Assembly (NCBI GenBank): GCA_041599115.1
Contig: JBFHXF010000002.1
Location: forward strand, 1 to 53,808
Length of the DNA stretch: 53,808 nucleotides
Source of the DNA: Acidimicrobiia bacterium
Lineage (GTDB): Bacteria > Actinomycetota > Acidimicrobiia > Spongiisociales > ZC4RG35
Direction of reading: 5' to 3'
Shown: one piece after another, positions 42,723 to 51,459 of the stretch
How the letters are laid out: every line of letters begins with the position of its first letter
Position numbering within the stretch: the first letter of the stretch is position 1
Translations under genes and position numbers: made by a program
The notes under the pieces: generated by a model
What the model saw: the letters and a program-made list of their open reading frames with translations, nothing else
The model's database searches: none
What the model was told of the DNA's origin: nothing

Positions 42723-43838
42723 TCAGTCGCCGATGCGGAATCTCGTGAGAGCTCCCAGCCCGTAGACATCCAGTGGGGAAGCTGTTTCGATCTGGAAAAC
42801 ATCGCCACCGGCTTCGACGACCAACTCCATCACGGCTCCGACCACATCGTCGATTGCAGACATCGACCCGAAGCAGATCGGGCAATCATCCCCTGTCCGA
42901 CTGACGTGCCCGAACTCGGTGCATACCAATCCGGGGCGTAGGAAGGGGCCGGCCACAACCAGGGTCTCTATTGCCTGAGCGTTGGAGTAGTCGATCACCG
43001 AGCCGAGGCCGAGCACGGCGAGCCCACCGCTCCACGCCGTGTCACAGACACGGCCGGCCAAAGCGATGTGGCGATTCCTCCTCACCTCGGACCGCAAGTC
43101 GAGGAGAGCCATCTTCAGGGTGACGTCGGTCATGGCCTGGGGACGGCTTGGAAAAGACGCTCTGTACAGACCTTCCAGATAGGGGTGGAGCTCCCGACCG
43201 ATTTCCTCGACCATCTCGTCGGCCGCACCGATAGCGATGTAGTCCAGGGAATGATCCAGATGCGCCTCCATCAGGATCGAACCGGCTTCCTTCCACATCT
43301 TTGAGGTCTCTTCCTCGGCGCGGGAACGCACGGTGAACTCGTCGTATCCGGAAAAGCCGCCGTAGTTCGACTTTCCGATATCGGCCGTCAGTGAACCTTC
43401 GATCTCCTCGATGAAATCCCCGGTGGCGAGGAACACCCGCGCCCGGGTCCGATCGGCGATCAGCACTCCGCCGCGCAGCGGTCGCGGGCTTGCCCGCAGG
43501 GGCCGGAGATAAGGGCGCGGTCCGACCGCGGACACGCTGCTCACCGGGTGGGTCAGCGATTCGACCACGAATATGTCGTCGGCTTGTGAGGCAAAGATTG
43601 CATAAGAAGGCGCCGACCGCTGCTCGAGGTCGTCGGCAAGACCTCGGATACGATCGACATCAGCGCGAATACTCTTCTGGACTTCTTTCGGAAACGTGTC
43701 GACTCTGTCGCGAACTGGCCGCAGCAAGTCCGATATCAGGGCCGACATCTTCATGGGGAATGGATGGGGGCGATCGATGTAGATCGAGATCAGCGAGCCG
43801 TCTGGACTCCTCAACCCGGCGATCGGATCTATGAGCAC
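42723..43838 (-). CDS. Bacterial eRF1/Pelota-like (baeRF-family) protein with C-terminal zinc-ribbon insert
   Basis: 371 aa. The GTG start is preceded by AAGGAG. It has '[12 protein letters not shown]' and a central loop '[22 protein letters not shown]'. The C-terminal eRF1-domain-3-like segment reads '[26 protein letters not shown]...C...CPIC...[21 protein letters not shown]...GLGALTRF'. Confidence 0.65.
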   Translation of the reverse strand: MLIDPIAGLRSPDGSLISIYIDRPHPFPMKMSALISDLLRPVRDRVDTFPKEVQKSIRADVDRIRGLADDLEQRSAPSYAIFASQADDIFVVESLTHPVSSVSAVGPRPYLRPLRASPRPLRGGVLIADRTRARVFLATGDFIEEIEGSLTADIGKSNYGGFSGYDEFTVRSRAEEETSKMWKEAGSILMEAHLDHSLDYIAIGAADEMVEEIGRELHPYLEGLYRASFPSRPQAMTDVTLKMALLDLRSEVRRNRHIALAGRVCDTAWSGGLAVLGLGSVIDYSNAQAIETLVVAGPFLRPGLVCTEFGHVSRTGDDCPICFGSMSAIDDVVGAVMELVVEAGGDVFQIETASPLDVYGLGALTRFRIGD

Positions 43839-43919
43839 TCGATTCTCCTTGGCCGCCTGCGTTATGGCGGACCCACGTCGACTGTCATGAACCTACCCAA
43901 TCGGAACCAGTAGGAGGGA

Positions 43920-44396
43920 TCACAGCCCTCTCATCAAGACGACGGTCAACTCTTCGAGCACCCAACCCAGGAAGTCGATAGCAGTTCGCTCCTGTTCGGG
44001 AAGGCGATCGTGGTCCTCCTCGACCTCGAGACCGAGGCGGGCCCCGAAAGCCAGACGGCCCTGATTGATCACACGCAGAAAAGCGTCGGCTTCGTCCTCG
44101 GAAAGCAGGCTCTTCTCCATTGACATAACTCTTCGATAGACCTCTTGATCATCGAGTCGCGACTGGGTCATTTCCCCGCCCATGAGCCGCCACCATTCCT
44201 CATTGGCATCGGCATCATCCAGGTAGACGGGAACGTTGAGCCTCCGATGCGCCGGATCGTCGAGGTCGACGTCGACGTCTGCGAGTAGATCGAGGATCTG
44301 GGACAGGAAGTCTCTCTCTTCGCCGCCAAGTCGAACGACGATCGAGTCTCCCTTGCGCTGGAATCTGACCGTCACACTTTTTCCATCGTCGCCCAT
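43920..44396 (-). CDS. DUF2017-domain protein (ClpS-associated)
   Basis: 158 aa acidic protein. It has '[12 protein letters not shown]' and '[11 protein letters not shown]'. It lies immediately downstream of clpS, as in many actinobacteria. An in-frame GTG at 44375 would give a GTGA overlap with the clpS stop. Confidence 0.7.
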   Translation of the reverse strand: MGDDGKSVTVRFQRKGDSIVVRLGGEERDFLSQILDLLADVDVDLDDPAHRRLNVPVYLDDADANEEWWRLMGGEMTQSRLDDQEVYRRVMSMEKSLLSEDEADAFLRVINQGRLAFGARLGLEVEEDHDRLPEQERTAIDFLGWVLEELTVVLMRGL

Positions 44397-44656
44397 AGAC
44401 CATGACTGTGCAGTCGATAGCAGTCAAACTCGGCCTTCTCCCGAGGCCCATCACTGACTATGGCCCGACCGTCGAAGTGAACCTGCAACATCAGGTCGGT
44501 GGCCTTCAGTTCGTCATATCCGAATAGCTTCCGAAATACATAGACGACGTAGGTCATCGTGTTCACCGGATCGTTCCAAACCACCACCTGCCACGGCCTA
44601 TCGAGGTCATGCTCCTCGTCGATCTGCTGGGTCTCGACTGGGGATGGAAGCGTCAT
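44372..44656 (-). CDS. clpS: ATP-dependent Clp protease adaptor ClpS
   Basis: 94 aa. '[47 protein letters not shown]' is canonical ClpS. Confidence 0.92.
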   Translation of the reverse strand: MTLPSPVETQQIDEEHDLDRPWQVVVWNDPVNTMTYVVYVFRKLFGYDELKATDLMLQVHFDGRAIVSDGPREKAEFDCYRLHSHGLWATMEKV

Positions 44657-44681
44657 CTTGGTGCTGGATGCTAGGTGTCAC

Positions 44682-45215
44682 CTAGCCGGCCGGGAGATCG
44701 CCAAGCACCCGCTCGCGGCATATCTCGAGAGCCGCCGGCAATAGAGGGTTGGAGTAGGGGATCTCCGCAGCCGAGTAAGCCGATCCCACCCCGGTAAATC
44801 CGGGGATGGGATCGGGAAAGTCCGGGACGCCCTTTTCCCTGACACATGCCGAGAACGCACTCAATTGCTCGAGGACAAAGGATCGCAACATTTGATCGTC
44901 GCTCATGTCGAGCGATCCGGATACCAGAGCCGATGAACAGGCTGCAATCGCCTCCGCAACAATCGGATCACCGAAATCGAGGGTCCGAGTCGCCAGATCC
45001 AACCTCGGATGTCCGGTGGCGTCGAGCGGGATCGCATCTATCTCGACTCCGTGTCCGCTCAGACATGAGCGGAACAGCTCTGCTCCTTTGTCCGGCGCAA
45101 TCGTCGTGGTTGTCGTGGACCCGATCGATGTCGTCGTTCCCTGGGGCGGGGATGTCGGGGACGGGGAGTCGGCAATGCCGGTGCATCCCGCAGTCAAGAG
45201 GCCCAAGGCCACCAC
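44682..45215 (-). CDS. Lipoprotein, hypothetical, two Cys-containing repeats; true start probably upstream of 45215
   Basis: The lipobox 'LLTAGC' lies only 10 residues after the GTG. Repeats occur around 'CLSGHGV' and 'CVREKGVPDFPDP'. See the related finding on a possible non-canonical start. Confidence 0.6.
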   Translation of the reverse strand: MVALGLLTAGCTGIADSPSPTSPPQGTTTSIGSTTTTTIAPDKGAELFRSCLSGHGVEIDAIPLDATGHPRLDLATRTLDFGDPIVAEAIAACSSALVSGSLDMSDDQMLRSFVLEQLSAFSACVREKGVPDFPDPIPGFTGVGSAYSAAEIPYSNPLLPAALEICRERVLGDLPAG

Positions 45216-45235
45216 GAGGCCGGGAGGGATCCGAA

Positions 45236-47428
45236 TCAGCCTTCTCCTCCGGGCGATTTCCCCAAGGCGTCGGCCAGGATCATCGCAATGTCGCGAACCG
45301 GAAAATCCTCCCGCCCCAACTCCTTGACGCCGTCATCGAGCATCACAAAGCAGAAGGGGCAGGCGACAGCGATCTCTTCTGCGTCGGTGGCCAAGGCCTC
45401 CTCGGCCCGCTCGATGTTGACCTTCTTGCCGGTATGTTCCTCCATCCAGAATCGCCCACCGCCGGCGCCACAACACAGCGCTCGTGTTCCACTGCGGGGC
45501 ATCTCGACCACTTCATGACCACCAGCACCGACGACTCTTCTCGGGGCGAGATAGACCGAATTGTGCCTTCCCAGATAGCAGGGATCGTGGTAAGCGATCT
45601 TCTTTGGCTCGCCGTCCGGTCTTCTTGGCACGGGGATTCGCTCCTGTGTCAGCAACTCGGCAAGGAGCTGGCTGTGGTGGATCACCTCATAATTGCCGCC
45701 AAACTGGGGATACTCGTTGCCGAGAGTGTTGAAGCAGTGGGCACATTGGGTGATGATCTTCCTGACACCGAGCTGATCAAACGTGGCGATGTTCTGCAAG
45801 GCGAGCTGCTGAAAGACGAATTCGTTGCCTGATCTCCTTGCCGGGTCGCCGTTGCACAGCTCGGCGCTCCCCAGTATGGCGAAATCGATGCCAGCCTCTT
45901 GGAGGAGACGGGCGAGGGCCACCGACACAGCGGTGTTGCGATCGTCGAACGAACCGGCGCACCCCACGAACCACAGGTAGTCGGCGGAAGTCTTGCCGTT
46001 TTCCCCAAACACCGGCACCTCGAAGTCGAGCTCGCTCCTCCAGTCGCCTCTCGCCTGCTGACTCATCCCCCACGGATTCGATTGGTTCTCCATGGCCACG
46101 AAGGCTTTGCCCAGTTCCGAGGGGAAGTCCGATTCCATCAGCGTCAGATAGCGCCTCATGTCCAGAATTCGATCGAGGATTTCGATATTCACCGGGCAGA
46201 TCTCGTCGCAGGCCCCGCAAGTCGTGCAGGAGAAGACCTCTTCAGGGCGAACTCGGTCGAACAGCGAGCCTTCACCGCTGAGTTCGATCACCGACATGAC
46301 CGGAGGCGATACCCCCGCTGCGGCAGCGGCCACCTCGCCGGTCTTGAGGACCATTTCGCGTGGGTCCAGGGGCTTACCAGTGATGTTGGCGGGACACACG
46401 GAGGTACACCGTCCGCAGATCGTGCATGAGTCGGTGTCGAAGATCTGCTTCCAGGTCAGATCCTGCACCGTCGAGGCGCCGATGGTGTCGATATCGTCGA
46501 CCTCCAACAGATTCGGCATCTCGCGCATCGCCCCTCTAGGGCGTTCCCGCGTGGAAAGGAACATATTGGCCGGTGCGGTGAACATGTGACGCAGCTTGGT
46601 GACGGGAATGAGCACGAGTAACCCCAGGAAAGAGGCGACATGAATCGCCCACGCAGCCCGATGCCAGGCCTCGGCCGTCGGCCCGGCGAAAAGACCCGAG
46701 AGGGGATACCCGACAAAAGACCAGACCTCGAAATCGGGCCGGCCCACCGCCGAGATTCGGGCAGCCTCGGTAATGAGGCCGGTGAGGCCTATTGCGATCA
46801 AAACGAAGAGAATGAGCCCGTCCTCCGGCTTCGTCTTCGACCTGATCCTCCAGCTGGGAAAGACGTACCGGCTCAATACCGCCAGGGCCAGACCACCCAG
46901 ATAGGCAAGCGAGGCCAGGTCGAGCACTGCCGAATAGCCCTGATAAACGACCCCATGGAGAAACTGAAGACTGGTCGGCACTATGTGGTCGATCTCGAGG
47001 ACGACCGTCCCGAGAAAGAGAACTACAAAGCCGTAGTAGATCAGGGAGTGCATGACACCGGCCCTGGGGTCTCGCATCAGGGTTTTCATCGACAATCCGT
47101 CGGCAAACTGGCTGAACCGCAGCTTCCATTGGCCGGAGCGGCGCTCGGAGCGACCCTGCATCCAGCTTTCGGCGCGACGGGCGAACAGGTGGCCGGCCAG
47201 CCAAAGAAAGGCTGAAACACCTATGTAAAAGACGACACGGGTGCCAACCGGAATGCCCCCAAAGACCTCCCGGCCAATCTCAACCGGGGGATGGTCGGGG
47301 AGGGTCCCCAAGAAGCCGAGTACGAGGTTGCCGATCGCCAGCGCAATGCCGACACCCTCGATGACCTTCGGCACCCTCGAGACATCGGTGTGGACGATGG
47401 CTTCTTGTCGCTCCTCGGTGACGGCCAT
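45236..47428 (-). CDS. Membrane-bound Fe-S oxidoreductase (NarI-like TM domain + 2x[4Fe-4S] + two CCG domains; HdrD/GlpC/DsrK-like)
   Basis: 730 aa. It has roughly 5-6 N-terminal TM helices, ferredoxin motifs 'CTICGRCTSVCPA' and 'CTTCGACDEICPV', and CCG domains containing 'CAHC', 'DPCYLGR' and 'ALCCGAGGG'. Confidence 0.88.
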   Translation of the reverse strand: MAVTEERQEAIVHTDVSRVPKVIEGVGIALAIGNLVLGFLGTLPDHPPVEIGREVFGGIPVGTRVVFYIGVSAFLWLAGHLFARRAESWMQGRSERRSGQWKLRFSQFADGLSMKTLMRDPRAGVMHSLIYYGFVVLFLGTVVLEIDHIVPTSLQFLHGVVYQGYSAVLDLASLAYLGGLALAVLSRYVFPSWRIRSKTKPEDGLILFVLIAIGLTGLITEAARISAVGRPDFEVWSFVGYPLSGLFAGPTAEAWHRAAWAIHVASFLGLLVLIPVTKLRHMFTAPANMFLSTRERPRGAMREMPNLLEVDDIDTIGASTVQDLTWKQIFDTDSCTICGRCTSVCPANITGKPLDPREMVLKTGEVAAAAAGVSPPVMSVIELSGEGSLFDRVRPEEVFSCTTCGACDEICPVNIEILDRILDMRRYLTLMESDFPSELGKAFVAMENQSNPWGMSQQARGDWRSELDFEVPVFGENGKTSADYLWFVGCAGSFDDRNTAVSVALARLLQEAGIDFAILGSAELCNGDPARRSGNEFVFQQLALQNIATFDQLGVRKIITQCAHCFNTLGNEYPQFGGNYEVIHHSQLLAELLTQERIPVPRRPDGEPKKIAYHDPCYLGRHNSVYLAPRRVVGAGGHEVVEMPRSGTRALCCGAGGGRFWMEEHTGKKVNIERAEEALATDAEEIAVACPFCFVMLDDGVKELGREDFPVRDIAMILADALGKSPGGEG

Positions 47429-47491
47429 GGTCGGCGAGTGTAGGAGAGTCTTACCGATCTGAGGTTGCGGTCTGGAGTCGTGAGGTCCGGC

Positions 47492-48403
47492 TCAGGAACC
47501 GAGCAGAGAGCGAATGAAGAACCACGTGTTTGCCGGTCGTTCCGCCAGACGCCGTGTCAGATAGGGATACCACTGCGAGCCAAAAGGTAGATAGATCCTC
47601 ACCGGGAACCCGGCCGCAACCAGCTCACGCTGCAGATTGGTTCGCACGCCGTAGAGCATCTGGAACTCGAAATACTCCTGCCTGACAGCCGCAAGCTCAC
47701 GGGTCAGGTCGATCAGGGCCTGATCATGTGTGGCTACAGCTGGGTTGACCACGCCATTCGCCATGAGCATCCGAAGGCCATCGGCAAATGATTTATCGAC
47801 GTCGCGCTTCGCCTGCAGAGCTATCTCCTCGGACTCGACGTAAGCCCCTTTGCAAAGCCGAATATGACCACCCAGCGCCATGAGACGTTGCAGATCGCCA
47901 GGCGTCCGATGCAAGTAGGCCTGAAGGGCGATGCCGAGATTGCCAAACTCTGACTGCGTCTTCTCATAGATCCGCACCGTGGCATCGGTGTATCGGGAGT
48001 CCTCCATATCGATTGTGACCGTCGTCCCGATCTCGGCGGCCCGGAGCGCCAGCACCCCCACCGAATCGACGGCCAGAGCCTCATCGATACTTAGCCCCAG
48101 TTGGGTCAGTTTGATCGAGAGGTTCGAGTCCAGTCCATCGGATTCGATCCGGTGCAGACTTTCGAGGTACTCGTCTCGCGCCTTCTGTGCCGAGGCCGAG
48201 TCGTGCACTTCTTCGCCGAGTAGGTCGAGCGACACCTTCATGCCTTCCGCATTCAGATCTCTGGCTGCCGTTACGGCCTCATCGAGTGTGTCTCCGGCCA
48301 CGAAACGACCCGCCAACGCTTTCCCTGGCCTGGTGCCCGTCACCAACGCTTGCACCGACCGGGCGGCGGTGGCTGCCACCACCAACCGCGAAAAGATGCT
48401 CAA
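47492..48403 (-). CDS. Proline dehydrogenase (monofunctional PutA-type PRODH)
   Basis: 303 aa. It has 'FVAGDTLDEAV', 'VSLDLLGEEV', 'TIDMEDS' and 'RLCKGAY'. The TTG start overlaps the proC stop (TTGA). Confidence 0.85.
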   Translation of the reverse strand: MSIFSRLVVAATAARSVQALVTGTRPGKALAGRFVAGDTLDEAVTAARDLNAEGMKVSLDLLGEEVHDSASAQKARDEYLESLHRIESDGLDSNLSIKLTQLGLSIDEALAVDSVGVLALRAAEIGTTVTIDMEDSRYTDATVRIYEKTQSEFGNLGIALQAYLHRTPGDLQRLMALGGHIRLCKGAYVESEEIALQAKRDVDKSFADGLRMLMANGVVNPAVATHDQALIDLTRELAAVRQEYFEFQMLYGVRTNLQRELVAAGFPVRIYLPFGSQWYPYLTRRLAERPANTWFFIRSLLGS

Positions 48404-49212
48404 TCCGGATTCCCCATCTCGGAGGCACGCTTAGCGGCCGCCCGGACCGCGTCTTCGACGAGAGCCCTGAAGCCGCGCTCCTCGAGCACATGAACCGCCG
48501 CAGCGGTGGTTCCACCTGGCGAGGTGACCTGGCTCCGCAATTCGGTTGGGGACTTGCCCGTACTGGTTAGGAGGTGCCCGGCACCCCGAATCGTTTGATT
48601 CACGAAGCGCTCTGCGATATCCCTGGGCAAGCCCTCCCTAAGCGCGGCCTCGATCAGCGCTTCGGCCAACAAGAAGACATATGCAGGGCCGGTCCCCGAG
48701 ACCGCGGTCACCGCATCGAGAAGAGCCTCATCCATCATCCTCACCGATCCGACCGCGTCCAGGACCTCCCGGGCGAGATCCAGCTCGGATAACCCGGCGT
48801 GGGCTCCCGCGGCTATCCCGGTGACACTCTCACCCACCAGAGCCGGAGTGTTGGGCATAGCTCGAATCACGGGCACCGACCCGAGGTATTTCTGATAACT
48901 CGCGGTCGTAACGCCGGCGGCGACCGACAGGACCAACTGACCTGGCTGCACGCTTCCCGCGAGAGACTCCATCAGGGATTCGACGTCTCTGGGTTTTACA
49001 GCAACCACGACAACCTGACGGCCCTCGATCGCCTCCACGGGATCGAGCGTGATGGTGCACGTGGTCTGCTGAGCCAAGGCGTCGGCTCGATCCTGGCGGC
49101 GAACGCAGAGTGCTATGTCCTCGGGCTCCCACCCCGCACGCAACAAACCCGATAGCAGTGCCTGACCCATCGCACCGACTCCCATAATGGCCACCGATAC
49201 GTGAGCTGACAT
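48400..49212 (-). CDS. proC: Pyrroline-5-carboxylate reductase
   Basis: 270 aa. It has 'VAIMGVGAMGQAL', 'RAMPNTPALVGE' and 'VTSPGGTTAAAV'. Confidence 0.92.
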   Translation of the reverse strand: MSAHVSVAIMGVGAMGQALLSGLLRAGWEPEDIALCVRRQDRADALAQQTTCTITLDPVEAIEGRQVVVVAVKPRDVESLMESLAGSVQPGQLVLSVAAGVTTASYQKYLGSVPVIRAMPNTPALVGESVTGIAAGAHAGLSELDLAREVLDAVGSVRMMDEALLDAVTAVSGTGPAYVFLLAEALIEAALREGLPRDIAERFVNQTIRGAGHLLTSTGKSPTELRSQVTSPGGTTAAAVHVLEERGFRALVEDAVRAAAKRASEMGNPD

Positions 49213-49265
49213 GGGCTGATTATATGGGTCCGCGGTTCATCGGGTCCCAGGAACCGTCCAACGAC

Positions 49266-49901
49266 TCAGCCCAGGCGAGATCTGATCAGTTCGACAACGG
49301 TGGCGACCGCTCTGGGGTTGTAACCCTCGGGAATGATCAAGTCGGCATATCGCTTGGAGGGCTCAACGAATTCCAGATGCATCGGTCTGACAGTGGCGTA
49401 GTACTGCTCGATAACTGATTCCGCAGTACGACCCCGTTCGGATATGTCCCGGGTCAGCCGACGGGCGAGACGCAAGTCGGCATCGGTATCGACGAAGATC
49501 TTCAGGTCGAGTTCTGATCGGAGTTCCGCATCTGCGAGAACCAGAATCCCCTCGATGACCACCACCAGACCGGGTTCCACGCGTATCGAGTCACCGGAGC
49601 GGAGATGCTTCGCGAAGTCGTAGATGGGCCGCTCGATTGGCCTTCCAGCCCGCAGCATGCCGAGATGCCCTACCAGTAATTCGGTCTCCAGCGAGTCCGG
49701 ATGGTCGTAGTTGACCCGGGAGCGCTCTTCGAAAGAGAGATGAGGCATGTGGCGGTAGTAGGCATCGTGCTGCAACAAGGAGACCTGGCCGTCGAGTTCG
49801 CTTATCACGGCCCGGGCAATGGTTGTCTTCCCCGAGCCAGATCCTCCGCCTATCCCGATGAAGAGTGGACGGTCCGGTCTCCAAGGGTCACGCTCGTGCA
49901 T
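49266..49901 (-). CDS. udk: Uridine kinase
   Basis: 211 aa. It has the P-loop 'IGIGGGSGSGKTT', plus 'YDHPDS' and 'VIEGIL'. Confidence 0.92.
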   Translation of the reverse strand: MHERDPWRPDRPLFIGIGGGSGSGKTTIARAVISELDGQVSLLQHDAYYRHMPHLSFEERSRVNYDHPDSLETELLVGHLGMLRAGRPIERPIYDFAKHLRSGDSIRVEPGLVVVIEGILVLADAELRSELDLKIFVDTDADLRLARRLTRDISERGRTAESVIEQYYATVRPMHLEFVEPSKRYADLIIPEGYNPRAVATVVELIRSRLG

Positions 49902-49913
49902 ACCCCGCCGACG

Positions 49914-50747
49914 TTACTTATCGCCGACCCGGCTCCGAAGTCGACGGATCTCGTCGTAGACCCCGTCAGTCAAGGTCGTGGACGCGGGAGCGGCTACCCC
50001 ACGAAGAACTGTTGGTGCCCTCACCTTCGCATGGGATGGCTCTTCCGTTTCGGCGGGCTCGAGAGTCTCGGACACGGCGACTTTCTCCCCTGGTTCGGCC
50101 TCCCCAACCTGGCTCTGCCAGGGTTCGGCGGCGTCTCCGGGTGACACGTCATCGGCCAGACGGTCGAACCATTGAGTTTCGTCCTCTTCGACCTCGACAG
50201 GCTCGGCTATTCCCAGCCGGTGAAGGGTATGAAGCACTCGTACCGCGGCACCGCGACCGTGCTCCTTCTCGATGTCGGCAAAGGTGAACGGATGCACCAA
50301 GTTCACGAGTACGTGCCAGTCAGCCGGATCGATCGTCACCGGATCCTGGAGTTCGTTGACGAGACGCACACTGGTGGCATCGAACAGGCCCGTATCGACC
50401 ACCTCGTCCTCCAGCCGTCGTAGATCGTCGACCTCCGACATCACCTCTTCGACGAGCCAGCCTTTGCCGTCGGGGCCATCAGCGGGCCCCACTGCAAACC
50501 TGCCCGAGGCCATCGACGACAAGACGTATAGGACGTCGGCAACTGCGGAGCGCGCAGATCCGGGTTGGCTCCCCTTCGCTCCGAGGAGCTCTGCGCCGGT
50601 CACCCGACCGTCGCGAAAGTGGATGCGGCCGCGTCGCTCGCCCTCGATGTCGAGAGAGCCGGTCTTATTCGTGACCTGCATGATCTGGAGCAGGTCGCTG
50701 ATGCTCCAGTCAGAGAGCTGTCCCGAGAGATGCATCTGTCCTTCCAA
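49914..50747 (-). CDS. DUF4388 (PATAN-like) domain protein
   Basis: The N-terminus 'LSGQLSDWSISDLLQIMQVTNKTGSLDIEGERRGRIHFRDGRVTGA' is the DUF4388 signature. The central and C-terminal parts are acidic. Confidence 0.7.
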   Translation of the reverse strand: MEGQMHLSGQLSDWSISDLLQIMQVTNKTGSLDIEGERRGRIHFRDGRVTGAELLGAKGSQPGSARSAVADVLYVLSSMASGRFAVGPADGPDGKGWLVEEVMSEVDDLRRLEDEVVDTGLFDATSVRLVNELQDPVTIDPADWHVLVNLVHPFTFADIEKEHGRGAAVRVLHTLHRLGIAEPVEVEEDETQWFDRLADDVSPGDAAEPWQSQVGEAEPGEKVAVSETLEPAETEEPSHAKVRAPTVLRGVAAPASTTLTDGVYDEIRRLRSRVGDK

Positions 50748-50808
50748 TGGTTCCTTGCCGCTCCTATGGATGCCCTATCGGCAGCAACGAGCCGGGAGTT
50801 GAGGCGGA

Positions 50809-51363
50809 TCAGGCTCTCTTGGCGGCTTTCATGGCCCTCTTGCGCTCTCTGAGTCGAGGGACATCATCAAAAGAGGTCACGTCGGCGATGCTCGGCCAGT
50901 CGGCCGCAACCTGCTCCCAGCCTTGCGGAGCAACGCCGAGTCGCTTGCCGAGGACCCCGATGAAGATGCGCGATTTGCCGACCCCGAAGCCAGGAAGACC
51001 CTGAAGTCTTTCCAACAACTCCCGTCCATCGGACGCGGTCTTCCAGATCTCCTCGGCGCGGCCTGAATAGTCGGCGACAATCACCCGGCACAAATCCTGG
51101 GTCCGCTTCGCCATCGAAGCGGGGTAACGATGGATGGCCGGTGGGCCCCTGAATATGGACTCCATCTCCTCGGGATGCCACTCGGCGATTCTGGCCTCGT
51201 CGAGCCGCTCACCCAGTCTCTCTCTGAGAAGGAAGGGCCCGTAGAACGCCCTTTCCATCGGGAATTGTTGATCGAGAAGCATCCCGATGAGAAGAGCCAG
51301 ACCTTCGTCGCTCAAGAGCCGGTTCGCTTCCGCGTTATCGGTGAAATGGAGTTGGGGCGCCAT
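50809..51363 (-). CDS. HhH-GPD-type base-excision-repair family protein
   Basis: I take the start at ATG 51363 (MAPQLHFTDNAEANRLLSD). It has 'LLIGMLLDQQFPMERAF' and 'LQGLPGFGVGKSRIFIGVLGK'. The track start at 51636 adds an unlikely N-terminal extension. Confidence 0.7.
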   Translation of the reverse strand: MAPQLHFTDNAEANRLLSDEGLALLIGMLLDQQFPMERAFYGPFLLRERLGERLDEARIAEWHPEEMESIFRGPPAIHRYPASMAKRTQDLCRVIVADYSGRAEEIWKTASDGRELLERLQGLPGFGVGKSRIFIGVLGKRLGVAPQGWEQVAADWPSIADVTSFDDVPRLRERKRAMKAAKRA

Positions 51364-51459
51364 GCCCCAAGGGTATTGCCGCCGCCGAGCTGAGCGAGGC
51401 GACCACCCCGGGCAAGACCGCGGCCGGCCGTGAGATGAGAAAGACGTACCATCGCGTCC

